Positions 1-13,199 of a DNA stretch of 64,000 nt are shown here, piece by piece. The stretch covers positions 63,490,001 to 63,554,000 of the forward strand of contig CM059438.1 in the NCBI GenBank assembly GCA_030390025.1. The letters are read 5' to 3'. Numbering within the stretch: position 1 is the stretch's first letter; every line of letters begins with the position of its first letter. The notes under the pieces are model-generated. The model was not told the origin of the DNA. It made no database searches and was given only the letters and a program-made list of their open reading frames with translations. This stretch comes from Squalus acanthias (lineage: Eukaryota). The position numbers and the translations under genes were made by a program.

Positions 1-2990
1 TGACCGATCCAAACCTAGACTCATGTCCAAATTCCTGCCCGCTCCCCGTAACCCTTAATTCCCTTTACTTCTAGGAAACTGTCTATTTCTGTTTTAAATT
101 TATGTAATGATGTAGCTTCTACAGCTTTTTGGGGCAGCATATTCCATGGACCTACCACCCTCTGAGTGAAGTAGTTCCTTCTCATCTCAGTTTTGAAAGA
201 GTAGCCCCTTATTCTAAGACTATGCCCCCTAGTTCTAGTTTCACCCATCATCGGGAACATCCTCCCCGCACACACCCGATCCAACCCCTTCACAATCTTA
301 TATGTTTCAATAAGATCGCCTCTCATTCTTCTGAACTCCAATGAGTAGAGTCCCAATTTACCCAACCTCTCCTCATATGTCCATCCCCTCATCCCCGGGA
401 TTAACCGAGTGAACCTTCTTTGTACTGACTCGAGAGCAAGTTTGTCTTTTCTTAAGTATGGACACCAAAACTGTATGCAGTATTCCAGGTGCGGTCTCAC
501 CAATACCTTGTACAACTGAAGCAATACCTCCCTATTTTTATATTCTATCCCCTTAGCAATGAAAGCCAACATTCCATTGGCCTTCTTAATCACTTGCTGC
601 ACCTGCATACTAACCTTTTGAGTTTCGTGCACCAGGACCCCCAGATCCCTTTGTACTTCAGTACTTTCCAGTTTCTTGCCATTTAGATAATAACTTGCTC
701 TACTATTTTTCCTGCCAAAGTGCATAACCTCACACTTTCCAGTATTGTATTCCATCTGCCAAATCTCTGCCCACTTACTTAGCCTGTCTATGTCCCCTTG
801 CAGATTTTTTATGTCCTCCTCACTCACTACTTTCCCTCCCATCTTAGTATCATCTGCAAACTTTGATATGTTATACTCGGTCCCCTCCTCCAAATCGTTA
901 ATATAGATTGTAAAGAGTTGGAGACCCAGCACTGACCCCTGCAGAACACCACTAGTTACTGATTGCCAGTCTGAGAATGAACCATTTATCCCAACTCTCT
1001 GCCTTCTGTTAGATAGCCAATCCTCTATCCATGCCAGATATTACCCCCAATCCCGTGATTTTTTATCTTAAGCAATAATCTTTTGTGTGGCACCTTGTCA
1101 AATGCCTTTTGGAAGTCTAAATACACCACATCCACTGGTTCCCCTTTATCCACCCTGTGTGTTACTTCCTCAAAGAACTCCAGCAAATTTGTCAAACATG
1201 ACTTCCCCTTCATAAAACCATGCTGACTTTGTCCTATTAAATTATGATTATCCAAATGTCCTGTTACTGTCTCCTTAGTAATGGACTCCAAAATTTTACC
1301 TACCACAGATGTTAGGCTAACCGGTTTATAGTTTCCAGCCTTCTGTCTACTGCCCTTTTTAAATAAGGGTGTTACATTAGCAGTTTTCCAGTCTGCCGGG
1401 ATCTTTGCTGAGTCCAGGGAGTTTTGGAAAATTATTACCAATGCATCCACAATCCCTACCGCCACTTCCCTCAAGATCCTAGGATGTAAGCCATCAGGTC
1501 CAGGTGATTTATCCGCCTTGAGTCCCATTAATTTACCGAGTACCACTTCCTTAGTGATTTTGATCGTGTTTAGCTCCTCCCCCCCTATAGCCCCCTGTTT
1601 GTCCAGTGTTGGGATATTCTTAGTGTCCTCTACTGTAAAGACTGATACAAAATATTCATTCAGTGTATTTGCAATCTCCATATTTCCCACCATTAAATTC
1701 CCGGTCTCATCCTCTAAGGGACCAACATTTACTTTAGCCACCCTTTTTCTTTTTATATAACTATAAAAACTCTTACTATCTGTTTTTATATTTTTTGCTA
1801 ATTTACTTTCATAATCTATCTTCCCTTTCTTAATCAATCTTTTTGTTATTTTTTGCTGTCTTTTAAAGTTTTCCCAATCCTCTATCCTCCCACTAGATTT
1901 GGCTACCTTATAAGCCCTTGTTTTTAGTCGAATACTATCCTTAATTTCTTTACTTAGCTATGGATGACTGTCTTTTCTTTTACACCCTTTTCTTCTCAGT
2001 GGAATATATATTTTTTGGAAGTTGTAAAATAACTCCTTAAATGTACACCACTGATCATGTATCGTCTTACCCTTTAATCTATTTTCCCAATCCACTCTTC
2101 TAAATTCCGCTCACATACCTTCATAGTCTCCTTTATTCAAGCTTAGCACGCTTGTTTGAGATCCAACCTTCTCACCCTCTAATTGAATATGGAATTCAAC
2201 CATGTTATGGTCACTCATTCCAAGGGGATCCTTTACTAGGACATTTTTAATTAATCCTGTCTCGTTACACAGGACCAGATCTAAGGTTGCTTGCCCCCTG
2301 GTCGGTTCAGTTACATACTGCGCAAGAAACCCATCCCTAATACACTCAATGAACTCATCCTCAAGGCAGCCCTGCCCAATTTGATTTGTCCAATTAATAT
2401 GATAGTTAAAATCCCCCATAATTATAGATGTTCCCTTATTACAAGCCTCAACTATTTCCTGATTGATACTCCGTCCAACAGAGTTGCAACTATTCGGAGG
2501 CCTATAGACTACGCCCACTAGTGTTTTTTTCCCCTTATTATTCCTTATCTCCACCCAAACTGTTTCATTATCCTGATCTTTTGACCCAATATCATTTCTC
2601 TGTATTACAGTGATTCCTTCCTTTATTAACATAGCCTCCCCACCTCCCCTTCCTTCCTGCCTGTCCTTCCTGATCGTTAAATAACCTGGTATGTTTAATT
2701 CCCAGGCATTGTCACCCTGCAGCCATGTTTCTGTAATGGCCACAAGATCATACCCATATGTAGTTATTTGTGCCATTAACTCGTCTATTTTGTTACGAAT
2801 GCTACGTGCATTCATATAGAGAACTTTCAAATATGTTTTGTGACACTTAGTTCCTGCTTTTGCCCTTTTTATTACTTTACCTTTTACTCCATACCTTCTG
2901 CCCCTTCCTGACACACTCTGGTTTTAAATTTCCACACTGCTACCTAAGTCTATGACCTTCTCTGTTGTCATTTTTATTATTTGCTCTCTA
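1..2990 (-). mobile_element. CR1 (HER1-like) LINE, nearly complete ORF2, 5'-truncated; 3' UTR runs off the window
   Basis: ORFs 2111-2914 (APE endonuclease: NARS, ITETW, GDFN, SDH), 1025-1837 ([20 protein letters not shown]) and 21-932 (KFADD, RPHLEY, RRMRGDLIE) are collinear pieces of one ORF2 broken by a few stops or frameshifts. Confidence 0.95.
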
Positions 2991-4080
2991 GGAACCTCAT
3001 AAGTCAATCTGTTAGAGCATCAGAATCATTATCAATCACTCATGCAATGTCAATGAGAGAGATGCCAAACTATTCTGTCACCAGCTTGCTGTGATGCGCC
3101 CGCCTGTCCGTCGCCCACTTGGGAATCCTCCTCGATCCCGGCAATTTCCAGGGCCGCCTCCTCCGAGGTGGTGAGCTGGGCTACTGAGGGTGGCCCTCCT
3201 CCTGTCCTCACTCTTTCCCTCTTATTGTGGGCTCTCTTTTCCTGCAATGAGGGACACAAGTGGAGTTTGAGTGAGAATGAAGGAGTGAGTGTAGAGAATC
3301 CATAGCATAGATGCTTAGAAGGAGACAAAGGGCCCTCCCTGTGTGTTGTAAGTTGTTGTCATTGCGTCACAGTGATAGGGAGTGTGAGGGCTGCATGGTC
3401 GAATAGTTAAGTGAATGTGACCATAGAGAGAGAGGGAATGGGAAAGGGTGCAGGGATGTCAGTGTCAAGTGGGATGTGGAGGAAGAGGTTGGCAAAGCTG
3501 AGTGCTGGTGAGGAGAGGTGATGGGGATCAGATTGAGGGTGATGGGAAAGTCATACTCACTTTTCCTGTGCGGAGAAGGTCATGAAACCTCTTCCTGCAC
3601 TGCAGCCAGGTTCTGCGGCACATAGAGATGGCATTGACCTTCTGGGCCACTTGCAGCCACACAGCTTTAGTCTGTTGTGGTGGCTTTTTTCTCCCTGAGG
3701 AAGGGAAGAGCACCTCCTTATTAGATCTTGCTCCCTGCACCAGAGCTTGGAGGGAGGGCTCATCAAAGCGAGGTGCACACTTTTGCTTGCTGGTGGACAT
3801 GGTCGGTAAATGAAGTCCTTCATACAATGTCCAAAGCGTTTCCAGTCTCCAGAAGAATCAAGGCTGCTTGCAGGCCTTAAATCCAACAGCATTGATGACA
3901 TCATCGGAGGCGACTTTCTGTATGAAAAGACTCATTGGGCCAGTGGTTCCCACACGCAGGAAATCAATTGCCCAATTAGGGGAAAATCGCAATTTTTCAA
4001 CACTTCACTTAGGAGTCGGGGTCCTGACACGAATCCCACCTGACACGCCCCAGCCCACCCACACTGGCAAAATCGAGCCC
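2991..4080 (-). mobile_element. PIF/Harbinger-derived element carrying a Myb/SANT gene; only one end visible
   Basis: Terminus GGGCTCGATTTTGCC on the minus strand at 4080 interrupts a CR1 ORF; contains two Myb-gene exons. Confidence 0.8.
3082..3800 (-). CDS. Harbinger Myb/SANT (trihelix) protein, exon 1 (3800-3561) and exon 2 (3241-3082), NAIF1/MSANTD-like
   Basis: Exon 1 MSTSKQKCAPRF...W..VA..VNA....RTW.QCRKRFHDL then GTGAGT donor; exon 2 after ttgcag reads EKRAHNKRERVRTGGGPP; both exons open; exon 3 not seen. Confidence 0.8.
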
Positions 4081-5052
4081 TTTGTGTTTTCCTCACAGCT
4101 TACTGTCCCACCTAGCTTTGTATCATCAGCAAACTTGGATACATTACACTCGGTCCCTTCATCTAGGTCATTAATATAAATTGTAAATAGCTGAGGCCCC
4201 AACACTGATCCTTGCGGCACCCCACTAGTTACAGCCTGCCAACCTGAAAAAGATTTGTTTATCCCTACTCTCTGTTTTTTGTCCATTAACCAATCCTCTA
4301 TCCATGCTACTATATTACCCCCAACCCCATGAGCCCTAATTTTGTGTAATAACCTTTTATGTGCCACCTTATTGAATGCCTTTTGGAAATCCAAATATAC
4401 TACATCCACTGGTTCCCCTTTATCTACCCTGCTAGTTACATCCTCAAAAATCTCTAATAAATTTGTCAAACACGATTTCCCTTTCATAAAACCATGTTGA
4501 CTCTGCCTAATCATGTTATGATTTTCTAAGTGACTTGATACCACTTCCTTAACAATGGATTCCAGCATTTTCCCGATGACTGATGTCAGGCTAACTGGCC
4601 TGTAGTTTCCTGTTTTTTCTCTCCCTCCTTTCTTGAATAGCGGTATTACATTTGCGACCTTCCAATCCGTTGGGACCATTCCAGAATCTAGGGAATTTTG
4701 GAAGATCAAAAACCAATGCATCCACTATGTCTTCAGCCACCTCTTTTAGAACCCTAGGATGTAGGCCATCAGGTCCAGGGGATTTGTCGGCTTTTAGTCC
4801 CATTAGTTTCTCTAGTACTTTTTCTCTACTTATATTAATTATGTTAAGTTCCTCACCCTCATTAGACCCTTGGTTCCCCACCATTTTTGGTATGCTTTTT
4901 GTGCCTTCTACTGTGAAGACAGATACAAACTATTTGTTTAACGTTTCTGCCATTTCCTTATTCCCCACAATAATTTCTCCTGTCTCAGCCTCTAAGGGAC
5001 CAATGTTTACTTTTGTTACTCTTTTCCTTTTTACATACTTGTAGAAACTCTT
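4081..5052 (-). mobile_element. CR1 LINE fragment (RT region)
   Basis: ORFs 4591-4884 and 4005-4721: [31 protein letters not shown]. Confidence 0.95.
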
Positions 5053-5262
5053 TCAGGAGTGAAGTTAGGAAACACTTCTCTACACAAAGGGTGGTAGAAC
5101 TTTGAAACTCTCTTCTGCAAACGGCAGTTGTTAATTTTAAATTAAGGGATATGGGACAAAGGCAGGTATATGGAGTTAGGTCGCAGATCAGCCATGATCT
5201 CATTGAAAGGTGGAACAGGCTCGAGGGGCTAAATGGCCTACACCTGTTCCTATGTTCCTATG
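5053..5262 (+). mobile_element. CR1 3' end
   Basis: End of ORF2, GATCAGCCATGATCT hairpin region and (TTCCTATG)n tail. Confidence 0.85.
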
Positions 5263-5888
5263 AATAATAGATAATACCGATTGTAATAGACCAGCATGGA
5301 AAGGTTAATCAGGTTAGCAGCAGAAACTTTGTGGCTGACTGATTGATTTGAGGGAATCTGCTAGCTTAGCATTGCTATGCTTTGGCAACATGATAATATG
5401 ATCCTTAAGCCACAATGTCTTAAAGTAACTAATCAGTTATTCATTACAGTTGTTAGGGAATGTTTAAACAAATGGTCTTTTAATGAGAAAATGTTTCAGG
5501 ACAATATGCAGATGTTCTTGTGGTAAAAGTGATGAAGTTGGGAAAACATCAGGACTGCCTTCTGATTTAACACAGCGAGGTTAATCAATCCAGGCAAAGG
5601 TAACACTGGGATGTGAAATGGGTGCCTGCAGGAACACAGGACAAGATAGTCCTGGCACCAGGAGCAATACAGAATTAGGTTAGGGGCTGTCAGGACTCTG
5701 GGGTGTTAACTCAGGAGGGAAGGACTATTTGGACAAATATTCTCTCTCAATATAATAGAGCTCAGTAGAGTGTGAAAACAAAGGGGAGTAGGGCCGGTAA
5801 GACATACTGCCACCGTAGCCGTGATAAGAAAGGGTATAAAGGGAGAGAGTCTGCACCTAAACTGGGAGCTGTAGTGAATCCTCCACAG

Positions 5889-6790
5889 AACAACAACAAG
5901 AACAACTTGTGTTGATATAGTGCCTTTAACATAGTAAAAAGTCCCAAACAAAATTTGAAATTGAGCCACATGAGATATTAGGACAGCTGACCAAAAGCTT
6001 GGTCAAAGAGCTAGGTTTTAAGGAGCACCTTAAAGGAGGAAAGAGAGGTAGAGAGGCGGAGAGGTTTAGGCAGGGAATTCCAGAGTTTAGGGCCTAGGCA
6101 ACAGAAGACACGGCCACCAATGGTTGAGTGATTTTATTCAGGGATGCTTAAGAGGCCAGAATTAGAGGAGCGCAGATATCTCGGAGGGTTATGGGACTGG
6201 AGGAGATTACAGAGATAGGAAGAGGGCGAGGCCATGGAGAGATTTGAAAACAAGGATGAGAATTTTAAGATCGAGGTGTTGCTTAATGGGAGTCGATGTA
6301 GGTCAGCGTGCACAGGGGTGATGGGTGAACAGGACTTGGTGCGAGTTAGGACACGGGCAATAGAGTTTTGGATGACCTCAAGTTTATAGAGGGTAGAACG
6401 TGGGAGGCTGGCCAGAAGTGCATTGGAATAGTCAAGTCTAGAGGTAACAAAGGCATGGATGAGGGTTTCAGCAGCAGATGAGCTGAGGCAAGGGGCGGAG
6501 TCGGGCAATTTTCCCAAGGTGGAAATAGGCGGTCCTAGTGATGGCACGGGTATGTGGTTGGAAGCTGATCTTGGGGTCAAATATGACACCAAGGTTGTGA
6601 ACAGTCTGGTTCAGCCTCAGACAGATGCTAGGGAGAGGGATGGAGTCTGGCTAGGGAACTGAATTTGTGGTGGGGACTGAAGACAATGGCTTTGGTCTTC
6701 CCAATATTTAGTTGGAGGAAATTTCTGCTCATCCAGTACTGGATGTTGGACAAGCAGCGTGACAAATCAGAGACAGTGGAGGGATCGAGA
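5889..6790 (-). mobile_element. L2 LINE 3' fragment
   Basis: AETLIHAFVTSRLDYSNALL and ITPV..DLH.LP motifs typical of the L2 ORF2 C-terminus; (TTG)n tail. Confidence 0.88.
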
Positions 6791-7589
6791 GATGTTTAAC
6801 AATGGCATTAAAAAAATGTAAGGAAATGTTATGGAAATACTTAACAATTTGCACTACCGGGGTAAATTTAAACCCCCAACAGTCTTGTCTTTAAAAGTCA
6901 TCTTTTTCTACTTGCTTAACGGTACAGAGACATTAGTTAATTCATTACATTAAAGTTTTCAATTAATTTATAATCAATAGTGAAGCAAGCACCAGAAAAT
7001 GAGCCATGATTCCAACCCAGTTTGGACTTGGCAAAAGGTGGCACCCTACCTGTGATCTTGATCTTAGTAACAACCCCCCAGCAACGCCCCCCACCTCCTC
7101 TACCCACAGGATACTGGCCTATGGCTCTAGATGTGAACAAAAAGAAAGGCCCATGTCATTATCTGTTACTCAAGAGAATTAGAGGCCATTTGTAAAATGA
7201 CATACTGCAGCCACAAAGAGTGAGGTGAATCATCAAAGGCGATATTAAAGGATGAAGAAATGTATTTCTGACTGACCTGCTCATCCAGTAGAGTGTTTAT
7301 TGAAAATGAACAACCGTGCTGCTTTTGTGCTACATCTGCACAGTAATTGTGGAGCTTGTAAGTGATGCGTGGAAAAAGATTCACCCCATATAGAATATTC
7401 GAACATGTCTGTTTCTTTTAAGTGATTGTACTGCATGAGTAGGTTCTTTACTGCTTTTTGTTTCATTAAACTCGTTTTATGAAGCTTCAGAATCAAACTC
7501 GTGTAAGGTTACAAACTGTAATGTTTTAATGTCTTTGCCTTTCTCCCTTTGACTGGTTCTGTGTTGTGTTGTCACCTGCCGTGTTTCAG

Positions 7590-7806
7590 AAGCATCAGCC
7601 CCTCCATGGTGAGACAAGTCATGGACCCGCCTTTAATGGTGGAGAAACACGGCAGCAGGTCTCGGCAGCTCACGGCAGCGGAGCCAGTCTTCATCCAGCA
7701 GTCTGGTTCCACAGATAAAACTAATGAGCAGGAACGCAGAGGAAAAAGAGCGTCAGTCTCACAGCTCTCTTTATTGAGGACCTCACCCATCATTAGCCTG
7801 GACTGA
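7590..7806 (+). CDS. Possible terminal exon of an unidentified host gene
   Basis: Long pyrimidine tract ending in tttcag at 7589, then a 71-codon open frame to TGA in non-repetitive DNA; no recognisable homology. Confidence 0.2.
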
Positions 7807-8169
7807 ATTAGGGATCGGGACTTGTGAACTTATATTGAGTGCTCACACACTCCTTTGCAATACATGTGTTATCAATGTTGAAACCAAACTGACATTATAG
7901 GCCCCGATATTAACTTGGAGACGCGTTGAGAGCGGGTGGGCGGAGGGTCCGATCTCGTGCAGGAAACCAGGAAGATAGTTCAGCGTGTCTGTTAGTGACT
8001 TTTTTACTCAGCCACCTCATTTTACTTCCAGGTTTGGTGTCCAATGCCTGGCAGCGGGCGTGATGAATGCTCGCATGAGGCGATCTCAACTCCAGTATTA
8101 AAAGGGCCAAGCCAAAGATGGAATTTGGAGGAGTTTGGAGTTGGCAGTTAGAGAAGAGGAACTGTGACA

Positions 8170-9299
8170 TTGGATTCCAGACGGTCAAAGGCTGCGCTGC
8201 TGTTCAGTGACGCCTCGCTTGATGTGCTGCTGGAGTCAGTGAGGAGTCGCAGAGCGATACTGTTCCCTAGCAATGGGAAGAAGAAACCTGCTGCCGAAGG
8301 TGTGGGCTGGAGGTGGCCGAGGAGGTCAGCAGCAGGAGCATGGTGCATGGATTCAGTGCAGGAGGCGCTTTGGTGACCGAAGAGGTCAGGAAAGCTGAAT
8401 ACTGTTGCACGCTCACCTACATCCTGCTGTGTGCATCACCCCAACCCCTCATTCTACCTTCTCAAGCCTACTCCATCACATCACTCCTTGCACCCACTAA
8501 CCTTGCACACGCACCCATCCTTCTCTATCTATGCACTTGCTCACATTCCCATTTATCCATCTACCACTCCCACTCACTCTCATCAACAACAACAACTTGT
8601 ATTTATATAGCACCTTTAACGTAGTAAAACGTCCCAACGCGCTTCACAGGAGTGTTATATGACAAAAAATTGACACCGAGCCACATAAGAAATTAGGGCA
8701 GATGACCAAAAGCTTGGTCAAAGAAGTAGGTTTGAAGGAGCGTCTTAAAGGAGGAAAGAGAGGTAGAGAGGCGGAGAGGTTTAGGGAGGGAGTTCCAGAG
8801 CTTAGGGCCTTGGCAGCTGAAGGCAAGGCCACCTTATGCAATTTCATCCTTATGCAATTTCATGCCTCTCCCTCATAGTCACCCTCACCAAATGCACCGT
8901 ATCCATCGGGTGAACACATGCCATTACACACACTCATAGGTCTGCTCTTTCCCTTGTTGCAGGAGAAGAGAGCACAGAACACTGGGGAGAGGGAGAGAAC
9001 CGGAGGTGGACCTCCACAGATTTACCAACTCACAAATGCAGAGGAGGAAGTGCTGGAGATTAGGAGTATTTCGATGTCCCTCGCCATTGGAGATGGGGAG
9101 ATGGAGACCTCTCAGCTGCCTGGTGACACAATTAAATATCAGCCACACATATGTCATACTGCACTCAGTCATGTTGACTTGATTTCGACAGTGAATGAAA
9201 TATGATCATTTTCATAATGATAAGTTGCAACATATTATTATCTTGCCAGTACTAATACATATCTTTTATCTCTGACAGGGCCTTCACGTGTGCAGCAGC
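8170..9299 (+). pseudogene. Degenerate Harbinger Myb/SANT gene: exon 1 ~8170-8395, exon 2 8963-9122, start of exon 3 at ~9280 (probably resumes at ~16976)
   Basis: FSDASLDVLLESVRSRRAILFPSNGKKKP (frameshifted); exon 2 EKRAQN..ERERTGGGPP between ttgcag and GTGACA; ctgacag acceptor at 9279. Confidence 0.8.
8583..8832 (-). mobile_element. L2 3' end inside the Myb intron
   Basis: Matches 5889-6120; (TTG)n tail. Confidence 0.85.
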
Positions 9300-10839
9300 A
9301 CCATTCAACAAGATCATGGATCATCTTCTACCTCAACTCCACCGTCCCGCACTATCCCCATATCCCTTAATTCCGTTAGTTCCCAAAAATTTATCGACCT
9401 CTGTCTTGAATATACTCAACGACTGAGGCTCCACAGCCCTCGGGTAGAGAATTCCAAAGATTCACAGCCCTTTGAAGAAATTTCTCCTCATCTCAGTCCT
9501 AAATGGCCGACCCCTTATTCTGAGACTGTGACCCCGTGTTCTAGATTCCCCAGCCAGGGGAAACATTTTCTCAGCATTAACCCTGTCAAGCCCCTTAAGA
9601 ATTTTATATGTGTCAATTAGATCACCTCTCATTCTTCTAAACACTAGAGAATATAGATAGGCCTGGTCTACTCAATCTTTCCTCATAGGACAACCCCCTC
9701 ATTCCAGGAACCAGTCTAGTGAACCTTTGTTGCACTCCCTCTAAGGCAAGTATGTCTTTCTTTAGGTAAGGAGACCAGAACTGTACACAGTACTCCAGGT
9801 GTGGCCTCACCAATGCCCTGTGTAGTAAGGCTTCTTTACTCTTATACTCTAATCCATTTGTAACAAAAGCTAACATACCATTTGCTTTCCTAATTGCATA
9901 CTGTACCTGCATGTTAACTTTCTGTGATTCATGTACAAAGACACCAAGGTCCCTCTGAATGCAAACATTTCCCAATCCCTCACCATTCAAAAAGTATTCT
10001 TTTTTGTTTTTCCTACCAAAGTGGATAGCTTCACACTTCCCCACATTGCATTCCATTTGCCATGTTCTTTCCCACTCAGTCAACCTGACTATATCTCTGC
10101 AGCCACTTTATGTCCTCCTCACAGCTTACTTTCCCACCTAACTTTGTATCATCAGCAAACTTGGATATGTTACACTCAGTCCCTTCATCTAAGTCATTAA
10201 TATAGATTGTAAATAGCTGAGGCCCAAGCACTGATCCTTGTGGTACCCCGCTAGTAATAGCCTGCCAACCCGAAAAAGTCCCGTTTATTCCTACTCTCTG
10301 TTTTCTGTCCATTAACCAATCCTCAATCCATGCTAATATATTACCCCCAAATCCCGTGAGTCCTAATTTTGTTTACTAACCTCTTGTGTGGCACCTTATT
10401 GAATGCTTTTTGAAAATTCAAATACACTACATCCACTGGTTCCCCCTTATCCATCCTACTAGTTACATCTTCAAAAAACTCTAACAGATTTGTCAAACAC
10501 GATTTCCCTTTCATGTTGAATTTGCCTAATCATATTATGATTTTCTAAGTGCCCTGTTACCACATCCCTAATAATAGATTCGAGCATTTTGCCTACTACC
10601 GATGTCAGGCTAACTGGCCTATAGTTCCCCATTTTTTCTCTTCCTCCTTTCTTAAATAGCGGGGTTATGTTTGTTACCTTCCAATCCTTGGGGACTGTTC
10701 TAGAATCTAGGGAATTCTGGAAGATTAATACCAGTGCATCCACTATCTCTGCAGCTACTTCTTTTAAAACCCTAGGATGCAGGTCATCAGGTCCAGGGGA
10801 TTTGTTGCCACTTAGTCCCATTCATTTCTTCAACACTAT

Positions 10840-11685
10840 GGGCTGGATTTTCTCAGCCCTGAGGAGGCGGGCATGGAGGTGGGACTGCCGGTAAAGTAGC
10901 AGAAAGTGGGGGTGGATGGCAAACCCGCCCCCATCCCGCCTCCGTGCCCTTTTGCCAGGAGGCGGGAAGATGTGCTGCTTCGGGTCCCATCTCCTGGAGG
11001 CGAGAAAGGGCTTAAATCCTTTTAACTGCCTGTTAACAGGTAGTTAACAGGCAGAAAAAAGGATTAGTGCCATTTTACCTTCTCAGGTGAAGGCTTCTCA
11101 GCCTCGGAGAACCCCATCGGGTTGGAGGAGACGTGAAGGAGGTCTGTGGGGGTCGGAGGCACCTGGAAGTAAGATGTAGAGATGAGTGATGGGTGCAAGT
11201 GTGGAGTGGTAAGTATGGAAGGTGAGTGTTAAGTGTTAAAAAATGTTCACTTACCTTGTTTTCTGCCTACAGCCTTCATGCACCCTGGATCGGGAGACCC
11301 GACATCTTCCTTGTCAATTTCACAGACTGGCTGTTGGATCCTCCGACCCAACAGCCATCTGAAATCTACAAAGTTGAAAGGTTTGATGAGTCCTGGACAC
11401 AAGGACTCATCAGACTACAGAGAATGTCAGTGTTTGACAGCTTCACAGAGCTGTCAAACGCTGACATTTCTTCTTTCAAGAAGTCTTGACAGATAGCACG
11501 TCAGATGTTGACGTGCTCTGTCAGTGACTTCCTCCCTAATTGACCTGCTGAGCCCGCAGGGCGGGCTTAACAAGGTCAATCAGGGGAAAATCCCTCTGGT
11601 TGGCCAGAAGATGATGGAGGCGGGACATTGACCCGACAAGCAGCAGTCCCGCCTCCAACTCGTCTCCATTGAGAAAATCCAGCCC
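10840..11685. mobile_element. Harbinger-type MITE, family B
   Basis: Perfect 16-bp TIR GGGCTGGATTTTCTCA/TGAGAAAATCCAGCCC; 3 extra bases (tat/ttt) relative to the empty CR1 site; homologous to 28419-29265. Confidence 0.9.
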
Positions 11686-13199
11686 TTTGTCTTTACTTAT
11701 ACTGATTTCTTTAAGTTCCTCATTCTCTCTAGATCCTTGGTTCCCCATTATTTCTGGAATTTTTTTGTGTTTTCTACCATGAAGACAGATACAAAATATT
11801 TGTTTATTGTCTCTGCCATTTCCTTATTGCCCATTATAATTTCTCCTGTCTCTTCCTTTAATGGGCCCACGTTTACTTTCACTAATCTCTTCCTATTTAC
11901 ATACCTATAGAAATGTTTACAATCTTTTTATGTCTCTTGCTAATTTACTCTCATATTCTTTTTTCTCTTTCCTTATCAATTTGTTGGTCCTCCTTTGCTG
12001 AATTCTAAAATCCTCCCAATCCTCAGGCTTACTACTCTTTTTGGCAACATAAAAAGCCTCTTCCTTTGATCTAATACTATCTTTAACTTCTCTTGTTAGC
12101 CAAGGGTTGGACCACTTTTCCTGTAGGGTTTTTGTGCCTTAAAAGAATGTATATTTGGTGTAAATTATGTATTAATTCTTTAAATGCTAGCCATTGCTTG
12201 TCTACCGTCATACCTTTTAATGTAGTTTCCCAATCTACCTTAGCCAACTTGCCCCTCATACCTATGTAGTTTGCTTTGTTTCGATTTAAGACCCTAGTTT
12301 CGGACTTAACTAAATCATTTTCAAACTCAATATAAAATTCTATTATATTCTGGGCACTCTTCCCTTAAGGCCCCTTTATTACAAGGTTATTAATTAACTC
12401 TTTCTCATTGCACAATACTAGATCTAAAATAGTCTGTTCCCTAGTTGGTTCCTCAACATACTGATCAAGAAAACTATCTTGTATACATTCCATGAACTTG
12501 TCCTCCACACTATTACTGCAAATTTGGTTTGCCCAGTCTATTTGTAGATTAAAGTCCCCCATGATTACTGTATTACCCTTGTTACATGCACCTCTAATTT
12601 CCTGATTTATACTCTGCCCTACACTACAGCTGCTGTTTGGGGGCCTATAAACAACTCCCACCAATGTTTTCTGCCCCTTGCTGTTTCTTAGCTCCACCCA
12701 AACTGATTCTACTTCTTGATTTTCAGAGCTAAGATCCTTTCACTCTACTGTCTTTACCCTCTCCTTTATTATCAGGGCTACCCCTCCGCCTTTTCCATTT
12801 TGACTATCTCTTCTAAAAGTTAAGTATCCTGGAATATATTGGGGGAGAAATTCATTATAGCCCAGGAATGGGCAGTAACTTTTGAAAAGTTTGAGAATTA
12901 GTGCCAGGCGCTAATGCTTCAGACTGCACGCAAAATTCAGTCTCATTGCACAAAGAAAGGATTGGAGCGCTAAACCAACTGCTAATGGTCTAGCTCAGTG
13001 GCGTTAAACTCGAAGCGCTGACCAATATCAGGTGCAGTCTAATCACAAGTCACCATTGCCACAGGCTCTTTCCAGTTCTTAAAGGGGAGGTTCATTGATG
13101 CTGCAGAGCCTCATTCTCATCATTGCTGGCTGTGCAGCCATCGCAGCCAGCAGCAGCAGGTAAAGGAGAAGGAGCCGGACGAGTCAGGCAGCCATAATG

